A stretch of 64,000 bases of DNA. It comes from an uncultured Planctomycetia bacterium. Lineage in GTDB: Bacteria; Omnitrophota; Gorgyraeia; B26-G9. Under the pieces are notes generated by a model. It was not told where the DNA came from and ran no database searches. It worked only from the letters and a program-made list of their open reading frames with translations. The DNA is taken from the NCBI GenBank assembly GCA_964437495.1, contig CAYTGV010000002.1, positions 87,582 to 151,581 on the forward strand, given 5' to 3'. Shown in pieces: positions 29,623 to 39,935 of this stretch; position 1 is the first letter of the stretch, and every line of letters begins with the position of its first letter. Made by a program: the position numbers and the translations under genes.

Positions 29623-30003
29623 CTAATCCCGAAAGCCAAAAGAGTCTATCAGAATTTCAAAAAGTTCAATGTCTCTATTTTCGATATTGCTGATCTTAAA
29701 ACCAGTGGCATAGAAATCAGGATTGACATCCTTTTTACACCAAATACTGCGGGAATCAAGAGCAATATCCCGGTTGCCAGCAAACTCAGCAGGCAATGTT
29801 ATCTTAAAATTAAAATCTACTTCTGTTTTAATCGGAGCTTCACTTACCAACATGAACCCATCAGTAGTTATATCTGCCAGATGTCCTATTAAAACCCCGG
29901 TTTTACGATCATATACTTTTAAATAATAAATCAAATGTCTTCTTTTAAATTTACGATTAAACATTTTCATCCCCCCTACAATTAAATCATCTATGAAAGG
30001 CAC
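29623..30003 (-). CDS. PilZ-domain protein (c-di-GMP-binding)
   Basis: It carries the 'RKFKRRH' (RxxxR) and 'DITTDGFML' (DxSxGG-like) PilZ motifs. The start is probably the internal 'MKMFNRK' at about 29970. Confidence 0.6.
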   Translation of the reverse strand: MPFIDDLIVGGMKMFNRKFKRRHLIYYLKVYDRKTGVLIGHLADITTDGFMLVSEAPIKTEVDFNFKITLPAEFAGNRDIALDSRSIWCKKDVNPDFYATGFKISNIENRDIELFEILIDSFGFRD

Positions 30004-30832
30004 TTTCTGCTAACTTTAATTCCTTTGCCTTATTTTCTACCGCCATAACAAGCAAATGATTTAAATCGCTTTTTTTCCCGTAATCAGCCTGCACAACACC
30101 TTGAACCCTGTTATCATTTACAAATTCCCAGGCCTTACCCCATTTACGTTTATCAATGGGATCATAAACCGCAATAGCCATTCCGTTTTGTTTGGCAATA
30201 AGCGAAAACAGCGGGATATCTGTATACCCGTCACCAACAACTATCATCTGATTAAAAGGTACATACAATTCATCAACCTTCTTATTTACATCAAACGGAC
30301 AAAAACGGGAATTAGGACCGAAAATACCTTTTGATATCTGAAATAAAAAACGGGTTTTATCTGTAAAGCTGACAATGCTTTTCGGAAAATCTATTTCCCC
30401 TTTTTTGTTATATTCAAAATCGCAAGCCCATATATCTTTGAATTGCTTCGCTATTTTAGTATTAATTAAGATTTCCCGTATCCCGCTGCTTATCAAAAAA
30501 AAGTCTACTTCTACCTTAGGGTTAACATCTGTTACAACTGATCTAAGTTTTTTAAATATGGTATGCGCCCCGTTAAAAAAAGATATTTTTTTTCCGAAAT
30601 CTGCAAGTTTTTTTTTGGTTATCCTGTTTTTTTCACCACCGGATTTTGACAACTCAATAATTTTATATAAATAAGCAGGTATAGGATCCCATCCCTTTTT
30701 GCTATACATCGGAGTGACCTTATTGCTCCAAAAATATTCGACATCCACACCCATGCTCGCCAAAAAGCTGCTTGTTGAATCTGGAGCCAAAGTCTCATCA
30801 AAATCGAATATTACCGCAATTCTATTAACCAT
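29987..30832 (-). CDS. HAD-superfamily hydrolase
   Basis: 281-aa ORF with the N-terminal 'IAVIFDFDETL' (DxDxT) motif. Confidence 0.6.
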   Translation of the reverse strand: MVNRIAVIFDFDETLAPDSTSSFLASMGVDVEYFWSNKVTPMYSKKGWDPIPAYLYKIIELSKSGGEKNRITKKKLADFGKKISFFNGAHTIFKKLRSVVTDVNPKVEVDFFLISSGIREILINTKIAKQFKDIWACDFEYNKKGEIDFPKSIVSFTDKTRFLFQISKGIFGPNSRFCPFDVNKKVDELYVPFNQMIVVGDGYTDIPLFSLIAKQNGMAIAVYDPIDKRKWGKAWEFVNDNRVQGVVQADYGKKSDLNHLLVMAVENKAKELKLAESAFHR

Positions 30833-31056
30833 AATTAGCCTTGTTTATTCAGGGATTTAATAAAAAAGGCAACCCCTTTATAAAGATTGCCATTGTAATT
30901 CATCATATTTGCTCCATACTTTCACATTTTACATCCATGTAAGACCTTTAAAATCCATTCAAAAACACTGCCTTAACTAATATTATATTACCTCTGCTTT
31001 TTGCTTTTTGCAAGATAAAATCCAGAAAATAAGCAGCGCTTGAAATTATTTTATGA

Positions 31057-33468
31057 CTAATAACTTTCCGAACGCAGCTTGTCTGTAGTTGATTGCCCTA
31101 CTGAAAATCTTAACGGTGACTGTCCGGGAAAAGCTTTCAATTTAAAGACAAAAAGGAAAGTTCTGTTCTGGGTTGATCCATCATCGTTCAGCTTTATATT
31201 ATATGACATTTCCAATAGCCAGCAATGCAAATCACGATATATGGTATACTGTTGTTCCTGAAAAACATCGCTATAAGACAAATACCTTGAATATGTACCT
31301 ACCTGCCATTTAGTATTGATCTTATAATATAAGCTTGCTGTAGTTTGCTCACTAATATCCCGATCATAACGTTTTCCTAGGCCCACCTGCCATCTATCTT
31401 CTCCTTGAGCATAGATATCGGCGTTTAAAGTCTTGATCCGCTTTTGATATTGGTTGAAGATAGCATCAGATTCAAGATGCAACCAACGATAAGGCTTTAA
31501 ATCAAACTCAGCATTGACATAGCCAAAATGCCTAACTCCTGGCAAGGCATTTTGGCTGTATTGGACCCAGGGGTAGAGATAAAGAATATCTACGTTTTCC
31601 AGTTCTGTGGTACCTGTTTGTTTCCATTTAGTCTGAAGATGATTTTCAATCCCAAAAGTAAATAAATTTTTCTTGGTAATCGAATCTATCTCGTCAAAAG
31701 TACCCAGCTTACTTCCCTGCACAGTCGGGGTATGGATATAATCATAATTTATCTTCGGACTAATCACATGACGCATCCTGTTCAACTCCATACCCAAAAC
31801 ATTGCCGCTATAATCAAAAACCCGGAAAAATTTCGTATTAAATTCTATCCCATAATAATTTATGCCCCGGAAAAAGTCCTCGCTTGTGCCTGTATTATCT
31901 TTTGAATAATATGTCTGGCGCATACCTGCATATGGAGCAGTATTTATCCAATCCAGACTTCCCGACAGCTTAGTCGGATATTTAAGCTCACTATAGGAGT
32001 CAACTCTGTTGGCATCTGTATCAATATCACTATTAGCCTGTTTTTTATTTAAATTGGCAATTGCTATATCCTGACGCACATAGAAATTTGAATCAGCAAC
32101 TTTCCGGCTTACAGTATTTAAAGTCAGTTCAGGAAGACGCTCGACTTCTGAATAAAACCAATTTGTCCTTTTACGCAAATATAAGCTTATATTATAGCTT
32201 TCCTCATAGTGGGTAATATATGCCTCAGATGCCGGCTGGATGTCATCCTGATACTCTTCATAAAGATAATCTTTTGTAAAAAAGATATCACTAAATTTAT
32301 CATACTCAAGCATTGCCAAGGTCGAAGAATCAATTTCCCATCTATGGTTTAGCTGCACACGGTATCTTTCAGTTTCCTGAACATTTCTTGATCTAGGGTC
32401 ATCTGCACTTCTGTAGTACTTGTCTCTTTCATTCATATGGTAAACCTTGACTATCCCTTTACCAAAATTTTTCGTATCATAATTTAAATCAGCTCCCCCA
32501 GCAATTCCTTTAAGATCACGTTGATCAAGATGGACCTTAGCCTCTAAATTATCATTTAAGTAATACTTAATTGAGCTTAAAGCAAACCAACCCCAGTCCT
32601 TCTTTCTCCCCACGCTCAAAGATATAATAAAATCATTATCAAGTGACTGCTTCCAATAAGGCAGATACATCACAGGAATATTGCCGATAAAAATAACCAC
32701 ATTTTTTGCCACTATCTTGTCATCCGGATACACATAAAGACGCTTAGCCTGAACCCTGTAATCGGGATTGTCTCTATCACAAGTACTTATGTATGCTCGA
32801 TTAAAAACATATTTTGTTAGATCGACTTTTTGGGCACTCTCAGCTTTCCCGTACCAGGGCAGCGAAATAAAGGTTATGTCTTTAAAACTGCCGGTTTCTC
32901 TTGTGAAATCATATGCCAGATTTTTTCCATAAGCAACTGTTTTACCTCTTTCAATTTTGATATTACCGGGAGCAACCGCGCTTCTATCTTCTAAATTAAA
33001 ATCAATATGCCTTGTTGTTATCTTTACATCAAGATGGGTTACGACAACTCCGTCTTCATCTTTGTCCTGATCCTGAAGCATCCGGCCCCTTTTGGATTGA
33101 AAATTATAATTAAGCCGATCACCTATAATCTCTATTTTATTATAAACTACTTTTACCTGGCCTGTTGCCAGGGCCTCGTTTGTTTTCAGATCAACCTCAA
33201 TATTGTCTGCCTTAAGAATTACACCGTCGTAGTCTATTTTTACATTTCCACTGCCCTTAATTACCGCTCCTTGGTTTACATACTCCACATTATCTGCATC
33301 AACAACGATAGGCCGGCTTTGAGAAATTGCTGCTTTGTCTTTTCCCATAGTAACGCTTTGGCAAAAAACAGCATCAGCATAAACAAAAAAACTAATAGAC
33401 ACAATAAAAAGAGATTTAAGGATAGGACCAAAACGATAAGTATCGCTCTTTAATTTAAAGCAGTTCAA
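31057..33468 (-). CDS. lptD: LPS-assembly outer membrane protein LptD (OstA/Imp)
   Basis: 803-aa ORF with a signal peptide, an N-terminal OstA/LptA-like beta-jellyroll, and a large C-terminal barrel rich in aromatic beta-strand residues. Confidence 0.75.
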   Translation of the reverse strand: MNCFKLKSDTYRFGPILKSLFIVSISFFVYADAVFCQSVTMGKDKAAISQSRPIVVDADNVEYVNQGAVIKGSGNVKIDYDGVILKADNIEVDLKTNEALATGQVKVVYNKIEIIGDRLNYNFQSKRGRMLQDQDKDEDGVVVTHLDVKITTRHIDFNLEDRSAVAPGNIKIERGKTVAYGKNLAYDFTRETGSFKDITFISLPWYGKAESAQKVDLTKYVFNRAYISTCDRDNPDYRVQAKRLYVYPDDKIVAKNVVIFIGNIPVMYLPYWKQSLDNDFIISLSVGRKKDWGWFALSSIKYYLNDNLEAKVHLDQRDLKGIAGGADLNYDTKNFGKGIVKVYHMNERDKYYRSADDPRSRNVQETERYRVQLNHRWEIDSSTLAMLEYDKFSDIFFTKDYLYEEYQDDIQPASEAYITHYEESYNISLYLRKRTNWFYSEVERLPELTLNTVSRKVADSNFYVRQDIAIANLNKKQANSDIDTDANRVDSYSELKYPTKLSGSLDWINTAPYAGMRQTYYSKDNTGTSEDFFRGINYYGIEFNTKFFRVFDYSGNVLGMELNRMRHVISPKINYDYIHTPTVQGSKLGTFDEIDSITKKNLFTFGIENHLQTKWKQTGTTELENVDILYLYPWVQYSQNALPGVRHFGYVNAEFDLKPYRWLHLESDAIFNQYQKRIKTLNADIYAQGEDRWQVGLGKRYDRDISEQTTASLYYKINTKWQVGTYSRYLSYSDVFQEQQYTIYRDLHCWLLEMSYNIKLNDDGSTQNRTFLFVFKLKAFPGQSPLRFSVGQSTTDKLRSESY

Positions 33469-34434
33469 CTAATTACCTCTGAAATGATTAACGATTTCCT
33501 TAATCATTTCATCTAATTTTAACTTCGAAAATGAACCAATAAGATTCTCTATTTTAGAAGTATCCGGCACCCGATAAAACATATCTTCAAAATTATTCTC
33601 ATATGCCTGTGAATACGGAACAAAACATATCTGTGAACTGCTATTGCTAAGGGCCTTGATCTTTAAGGCTAAAGCACCAATAGTAATAGATTCACAGCTG
33701 CCGATATTAAAAACCTCGCCTTCGGCCTCTTTTTTATCCATAACAGCTTTAATTGCCACTATTGCATCATTTATATATGTGAATGAACGAACCTGTTTAC
33801 CGTCACCATAAACAGTGATCGGTTCATTCCTGATAGCCTGCTGGACAAAACGAGGGATAACCATGCCGTAATTCGGACTTTGCCTCGGACCGCAGATATT
33901 GAACAATCGTCCGATAACAACAGGAAGGCCTTTAGAACGATGATAGGACACAGCCAAAAACTCATCAAATCCCTTTGAGAAAGCATATCCCCAGCGTGAT
34001 ATATTTACTGCCCCTAATATTCTGTCATCGGTTTCTTTAAAACTCTTTGAACCGCCGTTTTTACCATAAACTTCAGAGGAAGAAGCAAGAAAAACCTTTT
34101 TTTGAAAAACATGCGCTAGATCAAGAACGATCTCTGTGCCACGAACATTAGTAATTAAAGAATCCAGGTGATTTTCAATAATATATTTAACTCCAACCGC
34201 AGCCGCTAAATGATAGATGCAATCACATTCGCTGACATACTTGAACATAAGCTTATAATCAAGTATATCTCCCTGCACGAATCTAAAGTTTTCAAAATTC
34301 ATCAAATGCGCTATATTATCCTCTGATCCTGTGGAAAGATTATCTACAACAGTTACAATATGTCCATCATTTAACAGACTTTCTACCAGATAAGATCCAA
34401 TAAATCCAGCTCCACCTGTAAGCAAAACCCTCAT
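33469..34434 (-). CDS. NAD-dependent epimerase/dehydratase (SDR family; UDP-glucuronate decarboxylase-like)
   Basis: 321-aa ORF with the Rossmann motif 'VLLTGGAGFIGSYL' and the catalytic triad 'YAFSK'. Confidence 0.75.
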   Translation of the reverse strand: MRVLLTGGAGFIGSYLVESLLNDGHIVTVVDNLSTGSEDNIAHLMNFENFRFVQGDILDYKLMFKYVSECDCIYHLAAAVGVKYIIENHLDSLITNVRGTEIVLDLAHVFQKKVFLASSSEVYGKNGGSKSFKETDDRILGAVNISRWGYAFSKGFDEFLAVSYHRSKGLPVVIGRLFNICGPRQSPNYGMVIPRFVQQAIRNEPITVYGDGKQVRSFTYINDAIVAIKAVMDKKEAEGEVFNIGSCESITIGALALKIKALSNSSSQICFVPYSQAYENNFEDMFYRVPDTSKIENLIGSFSKLKLDEMIKEIVNHFRGN

Positions 34435-35474
34435 GACTTCTCCTTATTCGCCAATACCAGTACAGCAGCTCCAATAATTCCAGCCTTATTGCTGAACTTT
34501 GAAGCAACAATCTTTAAATTGCGACATGAAACCTGAAATGCTCTTTCTTTTACTATCCGGCGCATTGGTTCAAGGATTAAATTTCCTGCCTTGGCCACTC
34601 CGCCGCCGACAACTATAATCTCAGGATTAAGCAGATTTACGACATTAGCCAATACAGCGCCCATATGTTTTCCTACCTCCTGCCAAATCAGAATAGAGAA
34701 AGGATCCTTTTTTCTAGCCGCAGTGCTTAACATCTCAAGCGTAAGATTCGAATATCTTCCATTAAGTTTAGCCCTAATACTGCTTTTTGCCCCTACACGC
34801 AAACGCCTGATTGCCTCTTCAAGAATATATCGGTTACCAATATATCTCTCAACACACCCTTTACCTCCGCAAACACAGAGCGGTCCATTCTCATTTATAG
34901 TCATGTGACCGATCTCTCCAGCTGCAAAATTAATACCTCTATAAACCTTGTGATTAAGTATAATCCCGCCGCCAATACCTGTGCCCATAGTTACGCACAC
35001 ACAATCTCTGTGTCCTTTGGCAGCCCCGAATTTACTCTCTGCTAAAGCCATAAGATTAGCATCATTATCAACCAATACAGGAACTTTAACTTTATGTTGC
35101 AGGGCTTCCTTAAGATTTACATTCTTCCAACCAGGCACATTTGTCAGATCAAAAACCAGCCCTTTATCAAAATCGACTCTGCCGGGCACCCCAATGCCTA
35201 CTCCGCGAATTCTGTTGCCTTTATAAGTACTTTCCGCTTTAAGTTTTATTATTCTGATTACCAGCTGTTCGATCAATTCATCTTTTTTGTAATTCTTGGT
35301 TTCAAATGAAGTAAATCCCTCGATCTTAAAGCCTTTATCCCAAAACCGAACTAGAGCCAGTTTTACAAATGTTCCACCGAAATCAACTCCGATTGTATAG
35401 CGACAATTTGAGGCCTTACGCCTATTTTGATTCATTACCTCTCCTCCTATAAAATTAAATCTATATATGCACAA
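34431..35474 (-). CDS. ROK-family sugar kinase (glucokinase-like)
   Basis: It has 'IGVDFGGT', 'GIGVPGRVD' and the ROK zinc motif 'CVCGGKGCVERY'. The likely start is 'MNQNRRK' at about 35435. Confidence 0.75.
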   Translation of the reverse strand: MCIYRFNFIGGEVMNQNRRKASNCRYTIGVDFGGTFVKLALVRFWDKGFKIEGFTSFETKNYKKDELIEQLVIRIIKLKAESTYKGNRIRGVGIGVPGRVDFDKGLVFDLTNVPGWKNVNLKEALQHKVKVPVLVDNDANLMALAESKFGAAKGHRDCVCVTMGTGIGGGIILNHKVYRGINFAAGEIGHMTINENGPLCVCGGKGCVERYIGNRYILEEAIRRLRVGAKSSIRAKLNGRYSNLTLEMLSTAARKKDPFSILIWQEVGKHMGAVLANVVNLLNPEIIVVGGGVAKAGNLILEPMRRIVKERAFQVSCRNLKIVASKFSNKAGIIGAAVLVLANKEKS

Positions 35475-35618
35475 ACCTGAATATTTTTTTCAAAACCTTC
35501 CATGCAAGCGATATTTTACACATTAATGAAAGTATTATTCACAAAACATTAAATTTGGCAAATCAAATTAAGTTAAAATTCAGTATGTTTTGCTCGGCAG
35601 GATTTATTCAATTGTCTA

Positions 35619-36452
35619 TTAGCTGAAATAATCGATTAGATTAGCTAAAGTAACCTTTAACTGTTTTCTGTTTATAATAGAATCAAGATGTCCATGTTCT
35701 AATAAAAATTCTGAACTTTGAAACCCCGGCGGCAATTTTTGTCTGATTGTCTGTTCAATAACTCTGGGACCGGTAAAACCAATCAAAGCTTTGGGCTCAG
35801 CAATAATCACATCTCCTAAACTGGCAAAGCTAGCCATGATCCCCGCCATTGTCGGATTGGTCAAAACAGAAATAAACAACAGCCCCTTTTTTTTATGCCT
35901 TGCCAATGCAGCGGATGTCTTTGCCATCTGCATGAGAGATATAAGCCCCTCATACATACGCGCACCGCCGCCTGAACCAGAAACAATAATCAAAGGCAGC
36001 TTATCTGCAGTTGCTTTTTCCGTCGCTCTGGTAATTCTCTCACCCACTACCGAGCCCATTGATCCCATAATGAATCTTGAATCAGTAACTGCAAACACTG
36101 TCTTTTTCTTATTAATTTCCCCTTGCCCTGTAATTACCGCATCTATAAGACCGGTAATTTTTTGATCCTGCTTTATTTTTTGCACATATGTCTTTGGCCC
36201 CTTAAATCCGATAATATCCTTAGGCGACAATTTTGCATCAAATTCCTCAAAGGTACCTTCATCAAGTAAAAGCGCCACTCTGTCTTTAGCTCCAAGCGTA
36301 AAATGATAATCGCATTTAGGACAAATGCTCATATTTTCTTTAAGCTGCTTATTGAATATTATTTGTCCACAGCCCCCGCATTTCGTGCACAGACCTCCAG
36401 GCATATCCTTTTTCTTTATTTTTACTATTGTATACTTTGGTTTTCCAAACAT
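35619..36452 (-). CDS. accD: Acetyl-CoA carboxylase carboxyltransferase beta subunit
   Basis: 277-aa ORF with the N-terminal zinc finger 'CTKCGGCGQ...CPKCDYHF' and a carboxyltransferase domain. Confidence 0.85.
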   Translation of the reverse strand: MFGKPKYTIVKIKKKDMPGGLCTKCGGCGQIIFNKQLKENMSICPKCDYHFTLGAKDRVALLLDEGTFEEFDAKLSPKDIIGFKGPKTYVQKIKQDQKITGLIDAVITGQGEINKKKTVFAVTDSRFIMGSMGSVVGERITRATEKATADKLPLIIVSGSGGGARMYEGLISLMQMAKTSAALARHKKKGLLFISVLTNPTMAGIMASFASLGDVIIAEPKALIGFTGPRVIEQTIRQKLPPGFQSSEFLLEHGHLDSIINRKQLKVTLANLIDYFS

Positions 36453-36653
36453 AATATTTTCTTCCTAAATTAGCAACCTGCAAATTTTAGAAAATTCTTT
36501 ACCCCTTTTTGAGTCAGTATTTATATATTTACAAAAGTATATTTCATCATATATTAGCACAAACTCAAACACTTGTCAAAACTACTTCTGCGCATATTTG
36601 GCAGCCTTTTCCAGGATATTTATTTTTTCCACAAAACTTTTATTCACTAATAG

Positions 36654-37892
36654 TTACCGCTTTATCCTAAATTTAAGCAACCCAAATATCCCATATAATA
36701 TAAAACAAACTGATATTATTAAAATAACCCACATTGGATTTGTGCATTCTGAGAGTTTTGAAGAAACAAACATAAAGATCAAGAATCCTAAGTTCATGAT
36801 TATCCCTAAGATGCTGAATATCCTCCCTCTCATATTCGATTTTATAACTTCATGGATTATTGTATTGCCAGAAATAAAGATCGGACCAACACTCATACCT
36901 ATTAATACCGAAAACCCCATAGCAATATGGATCTGAGGGGAAATCCTCAATAAAACAGCAAAACACCCGATAAATATACCGCTTAAAATCATACTTATAA
37001 ATATAATCTTAACTTTGGAGATCTTATTGAAAAATCTTCCGCAAATCAATGCCCCCAGAAACAAACCAATGCCAATAAATATTGAGAGTAATCCCAGGTC
37101 TTTGGTGATTGAACCAAAAACTTCCTGGATAAAAACAATCGCCACAATATAAAGAGCTCCGGCAGCTGACATAAGCATGAATACTGTTAAAAAAACAAAA
37201 CGCAGATAAGGATTAGCAAATACATATTTAACCCCGTCTTTTATGTCAGAAAGTATAGACTCAGCTTTTATTGCCTTGTCATTGGCATCTTTATCCATTG
37301 TTTTTTTTCTACTCTTGATATTTACAAAACAAAGCAAGAGCCCGGAAACAAGATATGTGAATGAATCGATATAAAACCCTGATTTTGCTCCTACTTTTTC
37401 GATCAATGTGCCACCTAGTCCTATGCCAAGCACAGCCGCAAGCATCATTGTTGTATTTGTCAATGAATTGGCAATAAGCAGCTTTTCCTTATCAACCAAT
37501 TCCGGGATTATCGAGAATTTTGAAGGAAGAAAAAAGCAACTTATAGTAAAAACAAGAAAAACACTGATATAAAGAGGGACAAGCGAATTCATTTTCACAA
37601 ACCATAGAGGAATAAGCATAACTAGAACTGCCCGGATGATATCACTTATTATCATGGTATATTTATGATTCCAACGGTCAACATAAGCCCCGGCAAAAGG
37701 ACTAATAAAAAAAGAAGGAATAATTGTAAACGACATGATTTTTGCCAAACCAAAGGCTGAACCTCCAGTGCGGTTATAAATCAAAGCAATCAAGGCCATC
37801 TGATTAAGCCTATCTCCAAACTGAGAGATTATTTGGGCAGACCAAAAACAAAAGAAATTTCTTTCTTTGAGAATATAACTAAACTTATTCAA
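36654..37892 (-). CDS. MFS transporter
   Basis: 412-aa ORF with about 12 TM helices and an MFS signature. Confidence 0.7.
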   Translation of the reverse strand: MNKFSYILKERNFFCFWSAQIISQFGDRLNQMALIALIYNRTGGSAFGLAKIMSFTIIPSFFISPFAGAYVDRWNHKYTMIISDIIRAVLVMLIPLWFVKMNSLVPLYISVFLVFTISCFFLPSKFSIIPELVDKEKLLIANSLTNTTMMLAAVLGIGLGGTLIEKVGAKSGFYIDSFTYLVSGLLLCFVNIKSRKKTMDKDANDKAIKAESILSDIKDGVKYVFANPYLRFVFLTVFMLMSAAGALYIVAIVFIQEVFGSITKDLGLLSIFIGIGLFLGALICGRFFNKISKVKIIFISMILSGIFIGCFAVLLRISPQIHIAMGFSVLIGMSVGPIFISGNTIIHEVIKSNMRGRIFSILGIIMNLGFLIFMFVSSKLSECTNPMWVILIISVCFILYGIFGLLKFRIKR

Positions 37893-37935
37893 AAAAAATC
37901 TTCCCCTTATCTATATTTTCGTTGGGCATTATTTA

Positions 37936-38008
37936 AGCCCACGAGAGGAGTCGAACCTCCGACCTAAGCTTTACGAAAGCCTTGCTCTACCAACTGAGCT
38001 ACGTGGGC
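37936..38008 (-). tRNA. tRNA-Thr (anticodon CGT)
   Basis: Minus-strand sequence 'GCCCACGUAGCUCAGUUGGUAGAGCAAGGCUUUCGUAAAGCUUAGGUCGGAGGUUCGACUCCUCUCGUGGGCU'. The anticodon loop is UUCGUAA and CCA is not encoded. Confidence 0.8.
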
Positions 38009-38118
38009 ATATATTGTACTAAGTCCTAAGCCGTAAGGATTAAGCATGTAAAACTATGTGACTTTTAATTTAATTTTAGTCTTAAATCTTAATTTTAATC
38101 CTTATCACTTATTTCTTA

Positions 38119-38919
38119 TTATATTGCAACTATTACAATTCCATGCTCATCGGCTTGCTCTAAAACATATTCCTGATCAAGAAACAAGGTCTTCCCGGAT
38201 TCAACGGCCAATAAAGACACGCTTTCTTTTATTAGCGTTTGGATTGTCTGCTTGCCAACAAGCGGTATATCAAAACGCATATCCTGATCTGGCTTGCTCA
38301 CCTTAACCACAACAGCCCCTCCATTACAATAAAGATTTGCTCTGGCAATAGCCGCATCTGTACCTTCAATTGCCTCAATACTAAGTACAACCTTGTCCTT
38401 TACAACAACGGTTTGTCCGATATCAAGCCCGGCAATTGCCTTAGCAATTTTAAGACCAAATTCCACATCCTCAAGCTGTTCTTTGGTTGGTTTTGCTTTT
38501 GTAAGCACACCCGGATCAGGCAGGCAATCTTTAATGAAAGTTGTCGAATCAATCAGCTCTATACCAAGCTCTGCAAGCCTCTGGGCAATGCCGCCTAGAA
38601 TAGTATCTGTCTTTTTATCCTTTAACTTAAAGAGTAATCCCCTTAATTCACTATCAAGGATTATATCACTAAAAAGCAGTTTATGTTTAATTTGTCCTGC
38701 CATAACCACTTTTTCTATTTTTTCAATCTTAAGTATTTCAATGAGCTTTTTAAGCTGTCCCACGCTTATCCAGAAAATCTTTTCCACATGGCCTATAAGC
38801 TCAGGGTTGGTCTCTTCTTTGATACCTACAGCAATAATTCTCACCCCTGCTTTTTTTGCTGCTTTGGCAAAAACAATCGGATAAGTTCCATTGCCGGCTA
38901 TCAGCCCTATTGTCTGCAT
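38119..38919 (-). CDS. lpxI: UDP-2,3-diacylglucosamine hydrolase LpxI (DUF1009 family)
   Basis: 266-aa ORF beginning 'MQTIGLIAGNGTYPIVFAKAAKKAGVRIIAVGI', typical of LpxI. It lies directly downstream of lpxA, the conserved lpxA-lpxI(-lpxB) context. No lpxH is seen. Confidence 0.7.
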   Translation of the reverse strand: MQTIGLIAGNGTYPIVFAKAAKKAGVRIIAVGIKEETNPELIGHVEKIFWISVGQLKKLIEILKIEKIEKVVMAGQIKHKLLFSDIILDSELRGLLFKLKDKKTDTILGGIAQRLAELGIELIDSTTFIKDCLPDPGVLTKAKPTKEQLEDVEFGLKIAKAIAGLDIGQTVVVKDKVVLSIEAIEGTDAAIARANLYCNGGAVVVKVSKPDQDMRFDIPLVGKQTIQTLIKESVSLLAVESGKTLFLDQEYVLEQADEHGIVIVAI

Positions 38920-39022
38920 GTCTATGATTCTCCGTAAAAATACTTTTAGTTAAAAAAACAAAGAGCAGAAAGGCAAATTATTAGATCGCTCTCTACTCTA
39001 CTTTTTATTTTGCCAAAAAATT

Positions 39023-39811
39023 TCAATTACCTTTACATACGCCTCGTTTAGAACTTTTAATAAATTTAATAAGATATGTAACATATACATCTTTCGGAAT
39101 TTCCTGTTTAATTCTTTTTAAGGCTGTTGTTGTGGATAATTTCATTTTGAACAGGATTTTTAAGGCGGCTTTTAAGCGCAATATGCTCTTGGAAGGCATT
39201 TCAGCTCTTTTAAGCCCAATACTGTTAAGGCCATAAACCTTTGCCGGATGTCCGTCAACCATAGAAAAAGGCGGCACATCCTGAATGATTTTTGAGCAAC
39301 CACCGATAATCGCCATTTTACCCACACGCGAGAACTGATGAATCGCAGACATACCTCCAATAATAGCTTTACTCTCTATATGAACATGTCCGCCTAAAGT
39401 GCCGGCATTGGCAATAACTACATCATCCCCAATAACACAATCGTGAGCAACATGGCTATAAGCCATAAGTAAATTATTATTACCGATTACTGTTTTGCCT
39501 TTATCCACAGTTCCCAGATTGATAGTAACATATTCTCTAATGACATTATCGTCTCCGATTATAACCTGGGTCGATTCGCCCTTATATTTTAAGTCCTGAG
39601 GAGGGCTGCCGATTACAGCACCAGTGTGGATTTTACAGTGTTTGCCAATTTGAGTAAAGCCTTCAATTACACAAGAGCTCCCTATTACAGTATTAGCGTC
39701 AATACTCACATGCTCTTCAATAACAGTATTAGGACCTACACAAACTCCTCGACCAAGCCGAGCCTTAGGATGCACAAATGCATTTGCATGGATTTTGTTT
39801 TTTTCTGACAT
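39023..39811 (-). CDS. lpxA: Acyl-ACP--UDP-N-acetylglucosamine O-acyltransferase
   Basis: 262-aa left-handed beta-helix with hexapeptide repeats and the C-terminal alpha-helical domain typical of LpxA. It lies between lpxC-fabZ and lpxI. Confidence 0.8.
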   Translation of the reverse strand: MSEKNKIHANAFVHPKARLGRGVCVGPNTVIEEHVSIDANTVIGSSCVIEGFTQIGKHCKIHTGAVIGSPPQDLKYKGESTQVIIGDDNVIREYVTINLGTVDKGKTVIGNNNLLMAYSHVAHDCVIGDDVVIANAGTLGGHVHIESKAIIGGMSAIHQFSRVGKMAIIGGCSKIIQDVPPFSMVDGHPAKVYGLNSIGLKRAEMPSKSILRLKAALKILFKMKLSTTTALKRIKQEIPKDVYVTYLIKFIKSSKRGVCKGN

Positions 39812-39935
39812 ATGTCTATTATTATACCATTAATACTGATAATTAAAACATAAAAAAGACCTTAGATACTAGGGGTGGTTTCAGGAAAAACATATCTTAA
39901 ATATCCCTTTGAATCTAGGCCCTGATAATACAGTT

